Assembly: GCA_049724395.1 (NCBI GenBank)
Contig: JAUGWO010000120.1
Location: forward strand, 1 to 64,000
Direction: 5' to 3'
Origin: Spongospora subterranea f. sp. subterranea
Taxonomy: Eukaryota
DNA: 64,000 nucleotides
In this document: one piece after another, positions 11,416-26,054 of the stretch
Numbering within the stretch: position 1 is the first letter of the stretch
How the letters are laid out: the number at the start of each line of letters is the position of its first letter
Made by a program: the position numbers and the translations under genes
Notes under the pieces: model-generated
What the model saw: the letters and a program-made list of their open reading frames with translations, nothing else
The model's database searches: none
What the model was told of the DNA's origin: nothing

Positions 11416-13497
11416 ATTATTGCAACGCTAATTTGATGAATTAGTGGCGTTTGAAACTGCATTTTTCAACAAAATCACCTGCAAGTTCAAGACTATTGAT
11501 TTTGTCCCCCAATTGTCCAATAGACTACTTCGATGATCATGGCTGACTTTGTTTTATTTATTTTTCATGATTAGGTTCGGCATTTGAGGCCAGATGTGTA
11601 GGAGTTCCCAATCTACCATAGGGCTCATGGTCGATTCCCTCGGTGCCACACAGACACGACGTCCTTGTTAAGGTCACGGGCGGAAACGGGGACTCGAAAT
11701 ATAAGGAAGATGTAATAGTGATCACTTTTGAGCACTTTTCACAGACTGTCGCGCTGTCATATCTCATGGTGTATGAAACCCTTGAATTAAGTTCGTGATA
11801 ATTCGTGTTTGGTTTCGTCCCGGGCATCAGATTGTTTTCGGTCAACGAATTTCTTGAAACAAATCCTCATAGCCAGGATTGTCCCGCTGAAGCTTTTGAG
11901 CTTGCAGACCTAAACCTTCATGTAACGTCTCACCTCGAGTTATTCCCGAAACAGTGCCAAGTCGCAAATGGAATTGATCACGGGTTTCGACGGGAGCAAC
12001 AACTCTTATCTACAAATATGATTCGCTTTTTTCATAACATGTCAAAAATGGGATAATCAATACCATTGCATCATGCCGAAGATATAACCCTGAGTTCAAA
12101 AACCTAAACATGTGTGCCAAATTAGAGGTTCAACGTCCATCAAAACAGCAACATACCGCGAAATTGTTGCGAACATTGCACTATCGGCGAAACCAGAAAT
12201 CCTACCGGAATTCCATTAAAAAATTTGCTCCGGGACCAACCTCAGGACTGAAGGAAATAATTTTTAACATTTATTGTGAGCACAGTAGAAAGCGATGCTT
12301 ACAGGCTGAGATCAAACACTGGTTCGATCTAATAGCCGTCGAAACCCGTGGTATGTCCAGCTTCTGAAAATCGATTTTCCGGGGCCGAAAATCATGCGGG
12401 AAAATCGAGAGTTTTCTTATATTGGATACCCCCTAATCATCACTGAAGTGAGGGAGTATTCATCCTGGCTTGTTTTTAGAGGCGCGTTTCTTTCTCATTC
12501 TCAAAATAATTAGCAGCGAGCTTCGCCGCATTGGCCATAGCATCAACTATTGTGCTCATTCGCAACAGCCTTTGATCAGAGACGGACCAGATGTATTTTG
12601 TCTCCAAAATTAGAATCGGGTACTGTTGCGGTCGTCTGGGTTATCGTCGCTGGCAACCTGTTCCAAAATTGATCCCCAAGCACAAAAAGCAACGAAATTG
12701 ACCAATCGGAAACCATTTTGGTCTTGGTAATTTCTACAATCCCCGAACACCGTTTCATCTAGTTGTACACCCAATGATATTCAATATGCTTGTCGGACAC
12801 AACAGGAAACGGTTTGACAAAGCGTCACTATAGGGGATTGCCGCGAATGTCATCGCGTTATTTTAGTTGAGCTTGTTTACGGTTAGGGTCAGCAACAAAC
12901 TCAGAAACGACGACGTAGCTGGTTGGTTTGCCGCCATTGTGACGTGGACTCGTGGCACATGGTCTCCTACCTGATGGGTTTCAGTTCAACATGTTGCGAT
13001 TAGGGTCAGCAGTTAGTGATCACGACACTGATCGTAACGAATTGCGGCCAGTCGTGCCTTGGTATAGTGTTACAGCAGGTGTATCCCAGGAAATGACGAC
13101 ACCTCATCCTCTGGGTTCGACCACCTGTTGAAATGATTGGACTTTGGACTTGCGAACACGTTACTCTGCAGTGAGCAGCCATCCTCTATAATGATAAGAG
13201 GGGGGGGGATATGCGATCAATATTGTACTCGACATACCATTCCCGCTGTTAATGTCGTCTGGAGCGGATCAGGCCGATCAACACCCTGACCAGGTTTGGC
13301 TCCGTTTTCCGATGCCGTTTGTCGCTGGTCACAGATTGAAATAGGGCCCCGTACCCCAGAACCACGAGGGCGTGTGGGCCACACGTCCATCACAGCAGGT
13401 GCCCCAGTCTGATGAAACTGTAATAGTAATAATGGGGTTCTATCATTTTTTCCAAAACTGCTGAACTCCAATTGATCATGTTCATTTGAATGGTCTA

Positions 13498-15800
13498 ATG
13501 GCTAAAAATCTTCCACATTTGAGTCGGTACCTGTTGCTGACCAGAATACATTCTTTTAACGTTATACGTTTTTGTTGCATCTAACGCTACATGGAGAATT
13601 TGAAATCGCATCAGCCCTGAACTCATTCTCTGTTTTAGGAAGGATCAGTTGTGGAAAACAAAACCGCCTCGCCCAAAACTAATATCCCCAAGGGAATACC
13701 AATTCTTCTTCAGTCGCGACAGGCGTTAGTTCACCAGATTGTGAAACAACTTCAATGGCGCCGTGTGCAACGCCCAAAATCGAATCATTTTACACTACTT
13801 CGGCCAACTAGGTATTCATCCATGGGTGTGCTGAAGTCGTGTTCATACAATTTCTCGTTTTTGTGTCCTTGGCATTGAGCTTTTGGCGAATCAGTTTCTT
13901 TTACCTAATATTGATACAGTGACCAGGAATGGAGTTTAGCATGGGTCGACTTAGCTGATACTCAGTTTTATAACGCCATTCGCCCTCAACAACGTGCCAA
14001 CCAGATCCCGGTAAATGATGCAAAGCACGCGCAACTTTTGAACGTATTCATTCCCATTTTGCGTCATCTCCCGCAATGGTTATATTTATTATTGCAACTT
14101 CAAACATGACTGCTAATGCATTGGACCACTTTTGTACCTCGCGTCGGCAGAGTGTCATGACATTTTCAATGGTTACCTGGTTTCTCAATAGACCATTTAG
14201 GGAATGGAGCAGTTGTCGCGAAAGAAGAATCTCTGTCGCAATTTGAACGCCATGCGTTGTGCGTTTCCTGACGACTATGATATATATCCACAATCGTGGT
14301 GTTGGCCAGAACAAAGCGCGTCTGTTCGAAGGTACATGACGGAGGAAGTTGCAGCCGGGCATCGCCCAACCCTTATCATGAAACCTGATGGGCGATGTCA
14401 AGGTCGTGGTATTTTTCTGACTCGTAAAGTTAATCTCATTGATCAAAATGAAAGCCAGGTAATGTTGTTGCATAAATACCAATTTGTAGACTTGCGTCCC
14501 GATTTCTCGAAGTAACTGTCGTTGTGTACTCTACTTACCAATCTGTTTTTCGATTCATTAACTGTGCATTTATCGCCTACAGGTTTGCCAAGTATACATG
14601 CCATCTCCGTATTTGATCAATGGGCTAAAGTTTGATCTGAGGCTTTATGCGATTTTGGCATCGGTTGATCCTCTTCGTATATACCTCTACCATGACGGAC
14701 TGGTCCGCTTTTGCACAGAACCCTACAGGTAATGTCTCTCTTCCGTTTACCCTCTCGCTGTATCTGTGAGCTATGAAGTTTGTTTCTGACCGTTCTGCGA
14801 AAACAAAATTGATGCTTGATCTCATTCCGGAATCTTCCTTTGTTGCACTGTTTCTGATTTTTATGATTTCAAATAGACATCCGACCACTGAGAATATTTC
14901 GCACGTCTTTATGCATCTTACAAATTACGCCATCAACAAAGCCAGTACTCAGTTTGAATTTAATGAAGATGCCGATGTTTCTGGCCATGGCAGCAAATGG
15001 ACATTTTGCTCATTCATTGAATGTACTTGTTTCAGAAAAGTGTTTGGTTTTCATCTCTGTTTAAACTTTGAACAGGGCTAAAGGGGAACGATAAAGAATC
15101 GGACTCGACAATGCTTTGGACAAGAATCCAAGATGTGGTCGTGAAAACTGTTATTGCGGCGTCCTCCAACTTACGACATCAGTATAGAGTCCGCTTTCCC
15201 GCCGACGAGTATTCACGTAGTTTAATGCAGCGTTGCAACCACTAATGTTGTATTTTTCACGCAGGGATGGAGCAATAACGTTTCAACTTCTGGGTCTCGA
15301 CATCATGCTCGATTCCAACTTGAAGCCCTACATTGTTGAAGTAAATCGAAATCCAAGCTTACGTTGTGACACTCCACTGGACAGCCAAGTATAGTGGGTC
15401 TTCCATTTTACAGTCATGTAAATATTCATTTTGTCAGGTCAAGGGAGCAATGTTAAAAGACCTATTTTCCATCGTGCGACCGACACCTTGTCAACCAAGC
15501 CAACGGCAAACTAATCTCACGGGAAATGAGCGGCAACTCAACCGCGCCATCAAAGTTGGACAACGACGTGATTTAGAATTAGAAAGAAGTAAATCCACTG
15601 GGTTTCAGCGAATTTTCCCGCTCGATACAGAGATTGGGTTAGCATTAATGACGATTTGACCTAGTTGTTGTTTGATGCAACTGGGGTTTTTCAGGAGTGA
15701 AGACCCTAACGCGGGCTATGTGAAATTTATCGAGTATGCAAACTATAAGTTTACTTCGACGAGCATACAACGCCAAGGCACAAATCGGCGTGAGCCATGA
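13498..15800 (+). CDS. Tubulin polyglutamylase, TTLL6/TTLL13-like (multi-exon; start uncertain)
   Basis: [44 protein letters not shown]...[58 protein letters not shown]. Confidence 0.9.
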
Positions 15801-16219
15801 GTACCTCAGACTTTCTAATCATTATCTTTATGTTTTTCATAAATATCGCTAAGTATTGATGTTGCTCTCCACAAGCTTGTTGCAGCTTATGCCAACATAT
15901 GTACTGATGGTATCGATGTTGACCATTCGTTGGCACAGCTCGAGATGGTCTTGTTATGCTTTAAAGGCGTCTCCAGAAGTCTAACTATGACTAATTACCA
16001 ATGTCCAGGTTGACCCTAGCAAGCTATGTGCAACAGCTCACAGTATCGGGCTCTTGGTCAAAGCGGGTTTCGTTCTCAAGCCCGCGCAACTTTGAGAAGC
16101 CATTGAACCGTACATACAAAGCTTGACGCGCTAAAAGATTCAAATCCGAATATTATTAATGATGAAGAGACAGATGGTTCATCTTCTGGAATAATAAAAG
16201 CACTACTGCAGTAAATATT

Positions 16220-19200
16220 TTATGACATTTGTAAATCGATTTTTCGAGTATACACATCGAGTTTGGCTATGTCGGCAAGGGAACCAATGCTTTGTACAGA
16301 ATTCTCGCCGGCAAGGCCAATAACATGAGTAGAAAGTTTGCAACGCGACTTCTCGGCAATCATTCGATCAAGCAAAGCGACCAAATCGCCACGTTCAACA
16401 GATTCCACAAAACGAACCTCGCGATCAACCCGATCAAACACATAGGAATGTGTCGTAATCTCTTCCCAGAACCTCTCTGACCTCGCGCTTAGACAATAAT
16501 CTTGAGCCTATACATTTTTTCAGTTATGTAACCACCAACGATGAAGGGTACAACGAATTTATAATCGAATTGTATAACTGTTCAAAATGCAAAAAAGAAA
16601 CGGTGGACTGAAACACAATTTGTAGTGAACAAGACCAAGCAATATTGGCAACCAACCTCAAGTTCCATGATAAAACCTTCGATATGATTTTCGAAGACCT
16701 CATCGGATAGGGTTTGAATATGAGGCTTGAGTTCATCTGTTAACCAACGTTCGATTTGACGTTCGCATTCATACGCGGAATGCGAGGCAGACACGATTTC
16801 GATGGAGAGGCCAAGGATTCCATCTGTATTCAAGAAATGAATACCAACAGTATAGCCCAATTGCATCTTTGTCCTACAACATCATGGGTCAACTTTGATG
16901 AACGTCCAAGCGGGCAAACAAAATGGAGTGGAAAGCATCCGAAGAAATGAACAATCAACAAAAAAAATACCTGAGACAATCAAAGCAGTTTTCCGATGAT
17001 ATTCGCTGTAATAACTTCAGAAGAACTCGATCGGTGATAGACTCGGGGCCAAGTTGATAATACGACACATGACCCGAATTATGTTCTACTGGATTGAAGG
17101 AGGGTCGAGTCCAGGTCACGGTAGAGCCACGAGGCAAAAGCCGCACTTTCAACGCCACTTGTGACGGTAACGGGCCAGCACATTGCCATACGTTATTGAG
17201 ATCGTTGGCAAACGATTTCGCATCAACGGCGCTAACGTTCCCATGGATGAAACAGTCAATAGAGACAGCTGACCGAATTTGCGACAGTAAAGACTCCACA
17301 TCGTCAAGTTGTGCATTGGCCAATGCAGATCGTAACAAATCGATGGAATACTTCGGGAGTTGAAGGACTTGTAATCGCTCATACGATATCTATGACCAAA
17401 AGCAGCATTAAGTCGTAAACATTGAAGTATTTTGTAAAAAATCGAGACCTGTTCGGAGGCGGCGTAAAACAAAGAAGACCAGGCGAGTTGCAAACGTGCT
17501 TTGATGATTTCAAAGCGCTGGTGGTCTAGCATTAGATGTCGCAAAGAATTTTTAGATCCATAGATGACATGGTTGATAAATTGGAACAATTTGTCGGTGA
17601 AACCCTCGCCTTGGAACTCCAAACAGCGACGAGTGGCTCGCATATTGAGAGTCAGATCAGCCACTTCGCCAGAGTACAGATAAGCCATGAGGGCGTCCTC
17701 CAACAGCATGATAAGTAGGCGGGAGCAAACCGCCTTCAAAGGACTTTCATAAACGGCGCTCGTGTAAAATCGAAGCGATACGTGTGCCCGAGGCGTCACA
17801 TGTTTATAATCCAATAAATGCCACATTCGCAACCGATCTAATCAAGAAATCAGTATTCGACAATTTCCCTTGAAAAAACGATTAAATTTGATAAAATAAT
17901 TCAACTTTGTCAGTTTGACGTAAAGCATACCCTTTTGATAAACAATATGCGGAGTATGGTCAGAATTGCCGATGCGCTCAACAACCGTGAATGATTCAGG
18001 TGCGAGCGGGCTGCATATTGGAAGCGCCAATTCAGGATCAGAGACAGTGACCAACGAGACCATAAGTTCTTGGTCAATGCGTGTGGCGCGAAAGCGAGTT
18101 CCAAACCACGGCTCTATGACGTCAATCGAGGGATCTTCGGCAAAACGTCCCAACAACATAATGATGCAGTTGTCGGGTGTGAACGACAAGCCAATTCTCG
18201 CGATTAAGTTTGGATCATAGCGAGTCCACCGATAAGGCCCTGAAAGGACATCGTGCCAAGGATATTTTTGCATTGCATAAGCGAGCGTTTCAACAGTATC
18301 AGAAGGTTCTTTAGGTTCCATCCAAGCGAAGGATGCAGCAGCCATTCGCGAATATTGACGCCAGAGTTGTTCTTGCGGACCAGTCTTAACGATCTCATTG
18401 ATATAAGCAAACATCAGCGACAACACGTCGCGCCAGGCATCAAAACCTTGTTTAGTCAGTGTGATCTCAATGGTAAATAAGAAAAAGAGAGTATTTTGGT
18501 AGGTTTGCTCTTGAGAAAGACCTGCCTCTAAGCTGGAAGCAAGGCCCCGAGCACGTAACAAGCTGATGGCTGATCCAACACCCTCATCGCCCAAAACTTC
18601 GCCCCAATATGAACACGATTGCGTATCATAGCTCGACGACATGTTGGGCAACTGAAAAACCAGCTCCATTGTATACGATTCCTTGATGGATTCAATCTGA
18701 CCAAAGTCATAAGGACGAACGTCATAAAAACATACAAGGACGACCGAAATTGAGATTAACAGCAAAACTGATTTCTGCACTTCATCATGAATGAATTTTT
18801 ACAGGACGATTAGCTTTGAAAAAAAACGTAGACCAACCTGGAACAAATTCGGTTGATTTTGGGACATGTCAAATGGCAAATCAGCCACACCAAGTTTGTT
18901 TGATACTGGACCAGCACGAACGGTAGCGAACGTGGCAGTGATCAACTTCTCGGCTAGGTCGAGATCCGGGACCATAACAGCCAGGTTCATTTGGTTGGCA
19001 ACGTAATGTCTACGATGGAACTGCAGTAAGGAAGCGGCAAGAACTTCATCGGTTACCGATTGCTCCACACCACCACGCAATGAGTTCTGATTGCCCCAAC
19101 CGAATTTACAAAATGGATGAGAAGGTCGAGCACGTTGGCACAAGATTTGAGTGGAACGATGCTCGTCCACTAGCACACCTTCCTGGAACTCACAATCCAC

Positions 19201-20104
19201 TGCCTGCAAGGCAAAAAGGTCAGCAAACTAAACTAAACCAGAATTGCAACAAGACAACAAATAAGGACTCATCAAACTTCGTGATCAGATCGGACAAAAC
19301 CTCACCAAGATTTCACGTGAAATCGCTTCTGCACAAAGAGGCGGATCGATAAGAAACTGCTGGACGAACCGGGTTAGAGACTCAGCGAGATAATCGGGGT
19401 GAATCTCGTAAAAATAGAGGGTAGTCTCTTCACTAGTTGATGCGTTGGACCATCCTCCATGTTCAGACAAAAAAGATTCCCATGAGTTCTCATCAGGTGG
19501 TCGTCCGATGAACAGCCTAAAACCCTATCAGACTGGAACCAAACGCAGAACAAATTTCGCTCACATGTGTTCCAGTAGGTGTGCTAAACCCGGAAATTCA
19601 GGCGGGTCATGAAAATGGCCAACCGTGACGCCCAGTGCGACAGCAGCAGGTTTGGCTGCGCCTCCATCAGTGCTGCCGCTGCCAGAACTAGAAGCGTCAG
19701 TCTAAAAAATGAATCAAAAAATTGAATATTGAAGCTACCCTATGAAATAATAGTTCACGGTGAAAATCTTGGAATAAGGGAATTCCAGGTCCTTGCACAT
19801 AGTTTTCAACGACAAATAGGCCGAAGAAATGAACTTATCCCGAGTCAACAAAGGGAGAAATTGTTCAAAAAAGGAATAGGTAAAGCAAACAAGTAATGTT
19901 GCGTAAACAGACCTGATCTTCGCTGTTCTCATCGATGTCGTCATCCTGCTCCTCCTCCCCTCTTTCTTTGTTGTCGTTCTCTTCGCTGTTCGGTTCCTGT
20001 TTGACGATCGTAACTCTAAGCCCATTGCTGAGCCGAATGCGCCGGTATTGCAATCGGTCATGAGGCGATTTAATCAAATCGTCATCCGACAGGCGTTCAG
20101 TCAT
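16220..20104 (-). CDS. Nardilysin/insulysin-like M16A zinc metallopeptidase (multi-exon)
   Basis: IKSPHDRLQYRRIRLSNGL, followed by an acidic insert (EEEQDDDIDE) typical of nardilysin; GHFHDPPEFPGLAHLLEHM (HxxEH) at ~19560-19620; GGWSNASTS; QLGYTV. Confidence 0.92.
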
Positions 20105-20869
20105 CTTTCGTTGGCGGTGTCAGTCGACAACTGCCAACTCCGACAGCAAGTGCCGTGAGAATGACAAACTCATAATAGATCACCGTGGAATCAAAACTGC
20201 CCATTCTAGCGGTTGCGACTGCAAAGATGACCATATCCCGTTAGAGGACCGCCATCTGATCGCACTTGAATCGAAGTGTATTATTGAGCATGGGATATCG
20301 TTGAGCCCTTGAACAAAGGATCGCTCGATAGTAATTCCAGCAACCGTTCGTTGGGTTTCATGCCGCCCATTATGCAACCGCCCTCGATGCAAATATGTTC
20401 GATCACAGATCACTAATATCGGAATGACATACTATAGGAGTACATTACACAACTGCAGGTCGAGCGACACATTACCGTTCCCAACTTTGGTGCGCGGTCT
20501 CCGCCCAATCTGTTACACGCTGTCTCAACGATTCGACATGACACGCTACAGTCATGCTCGTGCTGTCATACGTTAACCCTCAAGTCGATTAGCGGGTTGC
20601 AGCGAATCATGTTGTATCGTTTCCATGGTTTCGATGACCTGTACTCGATAATGGCGCAATTTGACCCGTCACAAGAAGGGACATCAACACATTGACGCCA
20701 CGCCCAGGATCAGTCGGACAGGCAGTGCCGCCACGGTAACGGCCGATCAAGTGTTTACGCCAACATCGCCATTCGAGTGCCATTACGCGTATTGACGGAA
20801 TATAGCGACCGATGACCTGTCTGTAACCGAGGTGGGAGGGTGACCGATCAAAAAGCTATGGCGAATGAC

Positions 20870-22261
20870 GTAGAAGAGAAAGGTGTCTGCTCGCGCAGTA
20901 TCATACGCGAGCGTGGTGGGCGGACACAACGCTAGTAAACGAAGCGTCGACTAAACGAAGATGGACACCGCTCATGTTGGCAGCGGAGCTTGGTGACCTG
21001 GCATTAGTGTAATAATTTCATGCGATCGGCATACGTGAGAAATGACACAGATTTCAGGGAGCATCTGCTGGATTGTGGAGCGGATCCTCGAGCTGTGGAT
21101 AAACGGGGTTGGACCGCGTTGATGTGGGCGGTTTCACGGGACCATTTTGTGGTGTGTGAATGCCTCCTTGTACGTCACTCCTGTACTAGCGCCGAAATCA
21201 ATGTGGCAATCTGCTTGTCAATCAAGAACCATGCACTGCAATCATTGGCGATTTTCATTCGTCGTGGGCTAATTCCACCACATAGTACGACAATGGCAAG
21301 GTTGGCAATACACGTTGGCGATGCTACTGCTCTACGACAGTTGTGCTACGCCGGTCTTGTCGATTACTTTCGCATAGGGCCGAGCTGTAGCAAAACCATA
21401 TACGAACTGGCAAAGGAATCTTCTGACCCGTCAATGATGTTGGCGTTAAAAGACGGGAAGCGATTCCGGTATTTTTTGCACCATGGGTTCAGGGCTACCA
21501 TATCAAGTGGCGAGAAGCGAAATATACGAGCTCTTGCGAAAGTCACTCCAGATTCTCTGACCATTCGGACAAAATCGCTGCTGAAAATGTTTTCAAAAGC
21601 GTTGCGGTTACGGCCTGTTGATCGAGCAGATTATCAGTTGCCGTGGACAAACAACATCACGTTGGTAACAGCCTGGAACCTCCAGGTTCGATTTTCCAAC
21701 ATGACTGTTGTGGTGGCGGATCCACTTGCGTTCGAAGTAGTACGGCACGCGGTGTTGGCTAAATGTGAAGCGATGGCTCTCTGCGAAAGATTTGGAACTC
21801 TCATGGGCTCTCCCGCGACTGGGGTCAACGTTTTGAAGACGGACGATATTCGCAGATTGACGGAGCAGCTGCTTTTGAGACAATACGAGGCCAATAGGTC
21901 GAACACCATCGCCGTATCTTTAGGCAAGGAAGCAATACTGCCTGACGAATCGCTACGATTACAGAAACAAATCGACATCTGCTTACGAGTCATGGATGCC
22001 GTTGAGCAGATTCGTTTTCGCCGCGAGCGTTCGTCGTTGGCTGTCCGGCCCTCTAACATACCAAGAGCCACGGCTCCTTACGAAGACGATGCGCCCCAGA
22101 TTGACACAACATGTGTTGCATGCCTGAGCGGGGTGAAATCATACCTGACTATGCCATGCCGACATTTATGTTTATGTGCCGATTGCTACAACATCCACGT
22201 TTGGTATAGGTGCCCAATCTGTAATGAATCAATAACAGAAATAATAAAAATTTATATATGA
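20870..22261 (+). CDS. Ankyrin-repeat + C-terminal RING (C3HC4) E3 ubiquitin ligase-like protein (5' end uncertain)
   Basis: WTPLMLAAELG (20962), GADPRAVDKRGWTALMWAV, and C-terminal CVAC...PCRHLCLCADC...CPIC. Confidence 0.8.
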
Positions 22262-22641
22262 TGAGATTTTTCTGCTTTGATTTCGTGTAAACGTTGATTC
22301 GGTCTCTGGGATACAGTGGAGATCGTTTTGAAATTGGGCTGCAACACTTCAACATCTCGGTTTTCAAAGTTCGGGTTCTTTTTGCAGTTCTCAACAAGCA
22401 GTGCTGCTGCACCTTGAAAATTCATCTGCCCAAAGCTCAATGTCTGGATCTTTGGTAAAAGTTTTCATTTTTGTGTTTCTTGCTTGCCCTTTCCTTTTTT
22501 TATTTGATGTGTGGAATCTACAAGTCCCTCAAAGAAATCGGGCGTTACCTCTGCTCTGATGAAATAGTTCTGATAACGATGTTTTAGATTGGAGAAACGC
22601 ACATTTTGATTAATCATCCATGAATAAACACTATTGGAAAT

Positions 22642-24453
22642 TTATATGTGAAGCAGCATCCGCGTAGGTTCTTCAATACAAGCTTTGATCTTGCGCAAAA
22701 ACAAAACAGCTTCGCGCCCATCAATAATACGATGGTCGTAGGACAGAGCGACGTACATCATCGGTCTAATCACAATTTCTCCTTTGACCACAACAGGGCT
22801 GGCAATCAAACTGTCAGAAACCTTTGAAGGAAATTGATCTTATTCCTGACCGTTCGAAAATACCGTGCATTCCAAGGATGGCGGATTGCGGTGGATTGAG
22901 AATTGGTGTTCCGAAAAGGGAGCCGTAAACTCCTACAAACAAGTCGTAAATGTCTGATAATGAAACAATGAATTTGAAACGAACTCGAAAAAATCAAGAG
23001 GTAAAAAAACGCCAAAAATTGAAATTACCTCCGTTAGAAATCGTGAAAGTACCACCCGCCATGTCTTCAAGTGCGAGCTGACCTTCTCGAGCTTTCTTTC
23101 CTGAATACACATAGTTTGAAACCGGTAAGGTCAGTTGAGTGGAAATATTACCAAAAGCTGCAATGGACAGTTCTACATCGGCGAAAGACATGTTCTGACA
23201 GTCGCGTAAGACAGGAACCACTAAACCAGTTGGAGTGGCAACGGCGACAGATATATCACAGTAATCATGATAAACAATCTACACATGCATACATGCGCAT
23301 GACGTTTCCAGATCGCAAGATTCTGCACTAACCTCATTGCCTTCAATATATGCATTAACGTTGGGCTGATCCTGCAACGCCACCACCGACGCTTTAACAA
23401 ACGCAGACATGAATCCTAATTTAGAGTCATGCGTTTCCTGGATGTAAAAAAAAAATTAACAATACTGTCACATCATGACACACCATTTGATGAACGCTTA
23501 TCAGATTTGAGAATAAAATGGCGACGTTGGAAATGAGAAACTGCATACCTGAAAATCATCTTTGAGCTTCGATCGCAGACCCATTAATGCAGACATGTCG
23601 ATTTCATTGAAAGTGGTTAATGACGCTGCAGTATTCTGAGCTTGTTTCAACCGCTCCGCGATCCGTTGTCGCATTCTAGACATCGGAACTCGTCGCTCTG
23701 TACGTTCGCCTGTTTGCACGTTGGACTCTGCGAATAACGTCAATGAAAATGGACGGAACAATAAACGAAGAAACATTAAAAAACCGAATGATCGACATGG
23801 CCTATAACATCAAAGTGCTTTTCTACTTCTCATTAAGACGAAAACACACAAGCCAAGCTAACACTGACAACCAACTTTTCGGTGACTCTGATGGCTTTGA
23901 AGCTGGTTTGCTCTTTGACGCTGGAGACGTTTTTTGTGAAGTTGGTGAAGCCTCAGACTTAGGTGCTACAGGTGATGGGGCGGATTCTGACGCAGCTTTG
24001 GGAGCCGATGAGGCGGGTGCTTCTGCGCTCTCATCAATGGTGAAAAGCGGTGCCCCGACAGAAACCACCTCATCAGCGGCCGCTTTCTGCGACGTAATCT
24101 TGCCAGCGACTGGTGTGCGAACGTCAACGCTGACCTTATCGGTCTCGATCACACAGACGACTTGGTCGGCTTCGACATAATCACCCTCGTTCACGCTCCA
24201 AGACAACACGGTACCTTCAGTGATGGAGTCGCCCATCGATGGAACATCCACTGTTTTCGACGCCATGAACCTGGCGCGCGAAAACGTGGGAATCACTGCG
24301 ACCCATGGCCGACCAAACACGGCTTTAGACGAAACAGATCGTACAGCCTACGACTTTATAAGCGTCAAATTTATTGGCATCATAGACAATACCGACCTGG
24401 TGTGTAGCGGCGATGTTAAACAAACGTCTTGCGACGACCACACCCCGATGCAT
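22642..24453 (-). CDS. DLST: Dihydrolipoamide succinyltransferase (2-oxoglutarate dehydrogenase E2), mitochondrial
   Basis: Lipoyl domain [11 protein letters not shown]...[74 protein letters not shown]. Confidence 0.97.
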
Positions 24454-24680
24454 GATTAAATCACTTCTGATTATCAACGGGGGATATGTGAACCCAATAG
24501 TCACGGAGATTGCGTCTGTAGATATAGATACACTCCTTAGTCCTCGCACCAGACAGACAGCATATGTACACATGGATAGTTGCGCGACTACAATCTGCAG
24601 TACACAGTAGGTACACCAACCCCATGTTGTTGTACAGTCCAGGAATGTAACGATGAGCCGGCGCGCGGACGTTCTTATAA

Positions 24681-25702
24681 GAGCATCTCCACCTCGCAAC
24701 GGTAAACGCACTTTTCCGGCATTTTGCCGTGGGTTTTACCGGAAAATCGGAAACAGTAGGTCCCACCGCGGACACGGTATCGGCATAATTATCCCGGGCA
24801 ACGGCAAACTCGTTTTTTGCAATTGGTAGGTGCTGTTGCGTGAGCAGAATCATGGCAATGGCAACTCAGCTAACAAAGACCAGGCCACTACGAGGAACCA
24901 ATTTCGACGAAGATGAAGTCGATCAACTGTGCAGGTCCTGGCTGCATGTATCTCAAGATTCACGAACGGGAACAGGGCAGAAGTCGGACGTTTTTTGGGA
25001 GGCGATTGCTGTTAATTTCAATTCTTGCCGCCCGGAATCGACAGAGACTAGAACCAAACGGTCGCTGGAGACTGCTGACCCAGGATCATTACAAACTGGG
25101 CAATGGTGTCATCCTCCATTTCGTCTTGCCAGATTAGCCCAAAAGCGCTGTCATCGTTATCCATCATTGTCATCTCGAAAATTCGTTTCGCCGTCTCGAA
25201 AATTCGTTTTGCCGTTTACCGCTCAATGATGGATAACGATGACAGCGCTTTTGGGCTAATCTGGCAAGACGAAATGGAGGATGACACCATTGCCCAGTTT
25301 GTAATGATAATTGATGGATTCATTGTCAATGCAGAAGCCGCATGCTGACCCAGGATCATTTGGTGAGCGTCCAATATGTGATCCTCCACGATTGGATATT
25401 GATGGATTCATTGTCAATGCAGAAGCCGCATGCTGACCCAGGATCATTACAAACTGGGCAATGGTGTCATCCTCCATTTCGTCTTGCCAGATTAGCCCAC
25501 AAGCGCTGTCATCGTTATCCATCATTGTCAGCTCGAAAATTCGTTTTGCCGTTTACCGTTCAAATTGACCGCGCGGTGGGGAACCGTTTGACGGGGGACA
25601 TAGCTATTTTACCGGAGGCTATTTTTGAACCCGTTTAACATCTTTTTGCCGTGGAGTTTGCCTTTACGCGGTGGAGTTTGCCGTTGCGCGGTGGAGATGC
25701 TC
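24681..25702. mobile_element. PIF/Harbinger (Pong-like) deletion derivative
   Basis: TIRs GAGCATCTCCACC...GGTGGAGATGCTC with TAA TSD on both sides. Myb/SANT-like ORF1 fragment NFDEDEVDQLCRSWLHVSQDSRTGTGQKSDVFWEAI (+) and a transposase N-terminus RGGSHIGRSPN (-). Confidence 0.92.
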
Positions 25703-26054
25703 TAAGCCGTGAAGCGTCTGGCAGCAATGGCTGTCCGCGTTAAATCCAGTGATCAAATCGTATCGGACATGGAATCATGTTGTAGACCATAATTGCAACA
25801 CGCAATTGGCCGTTTTATGCGGTCGTCACATGGATTTTCAACTGCTCACCGACATGGCTGCATAAATTTTCATTGTTGTGGCTACCAATACTTCTTATAA
25901 ATGCTTTTGCGTTGAAATTTGTTCGCTTGATACCGTTTTAAAAGACTTTCGACAACAAAGTAGGTGCTGCGATCGATGTTCCAGATTTTACCGAGGTAGG
26001 ACGATACGATACGATCGGAGTTGCGCCAATATCTTTGCCAAAACAGAATACGAG

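Noticed and set aside
11579..11648. tRNA gene or HDV-like ribozyme
   Set aside because: Ends in CCA but lacks canonical A/B boxes and cloverleaf spacing; there is too little sequence for the HDV P3/P1 3' strands. Kept only as an unclassified structured element.
12876..13010. Telomeric TTAGGG motifs
   Set aside because: Isolated single hexamers with no tandem array.
11850..13430. Possible TE remnants (GGGGGTATCC terminus near 12430, purine tract at 13196-13209)
   Set aside because: No partner TIR/LTR or convincing protein motif found by eye.
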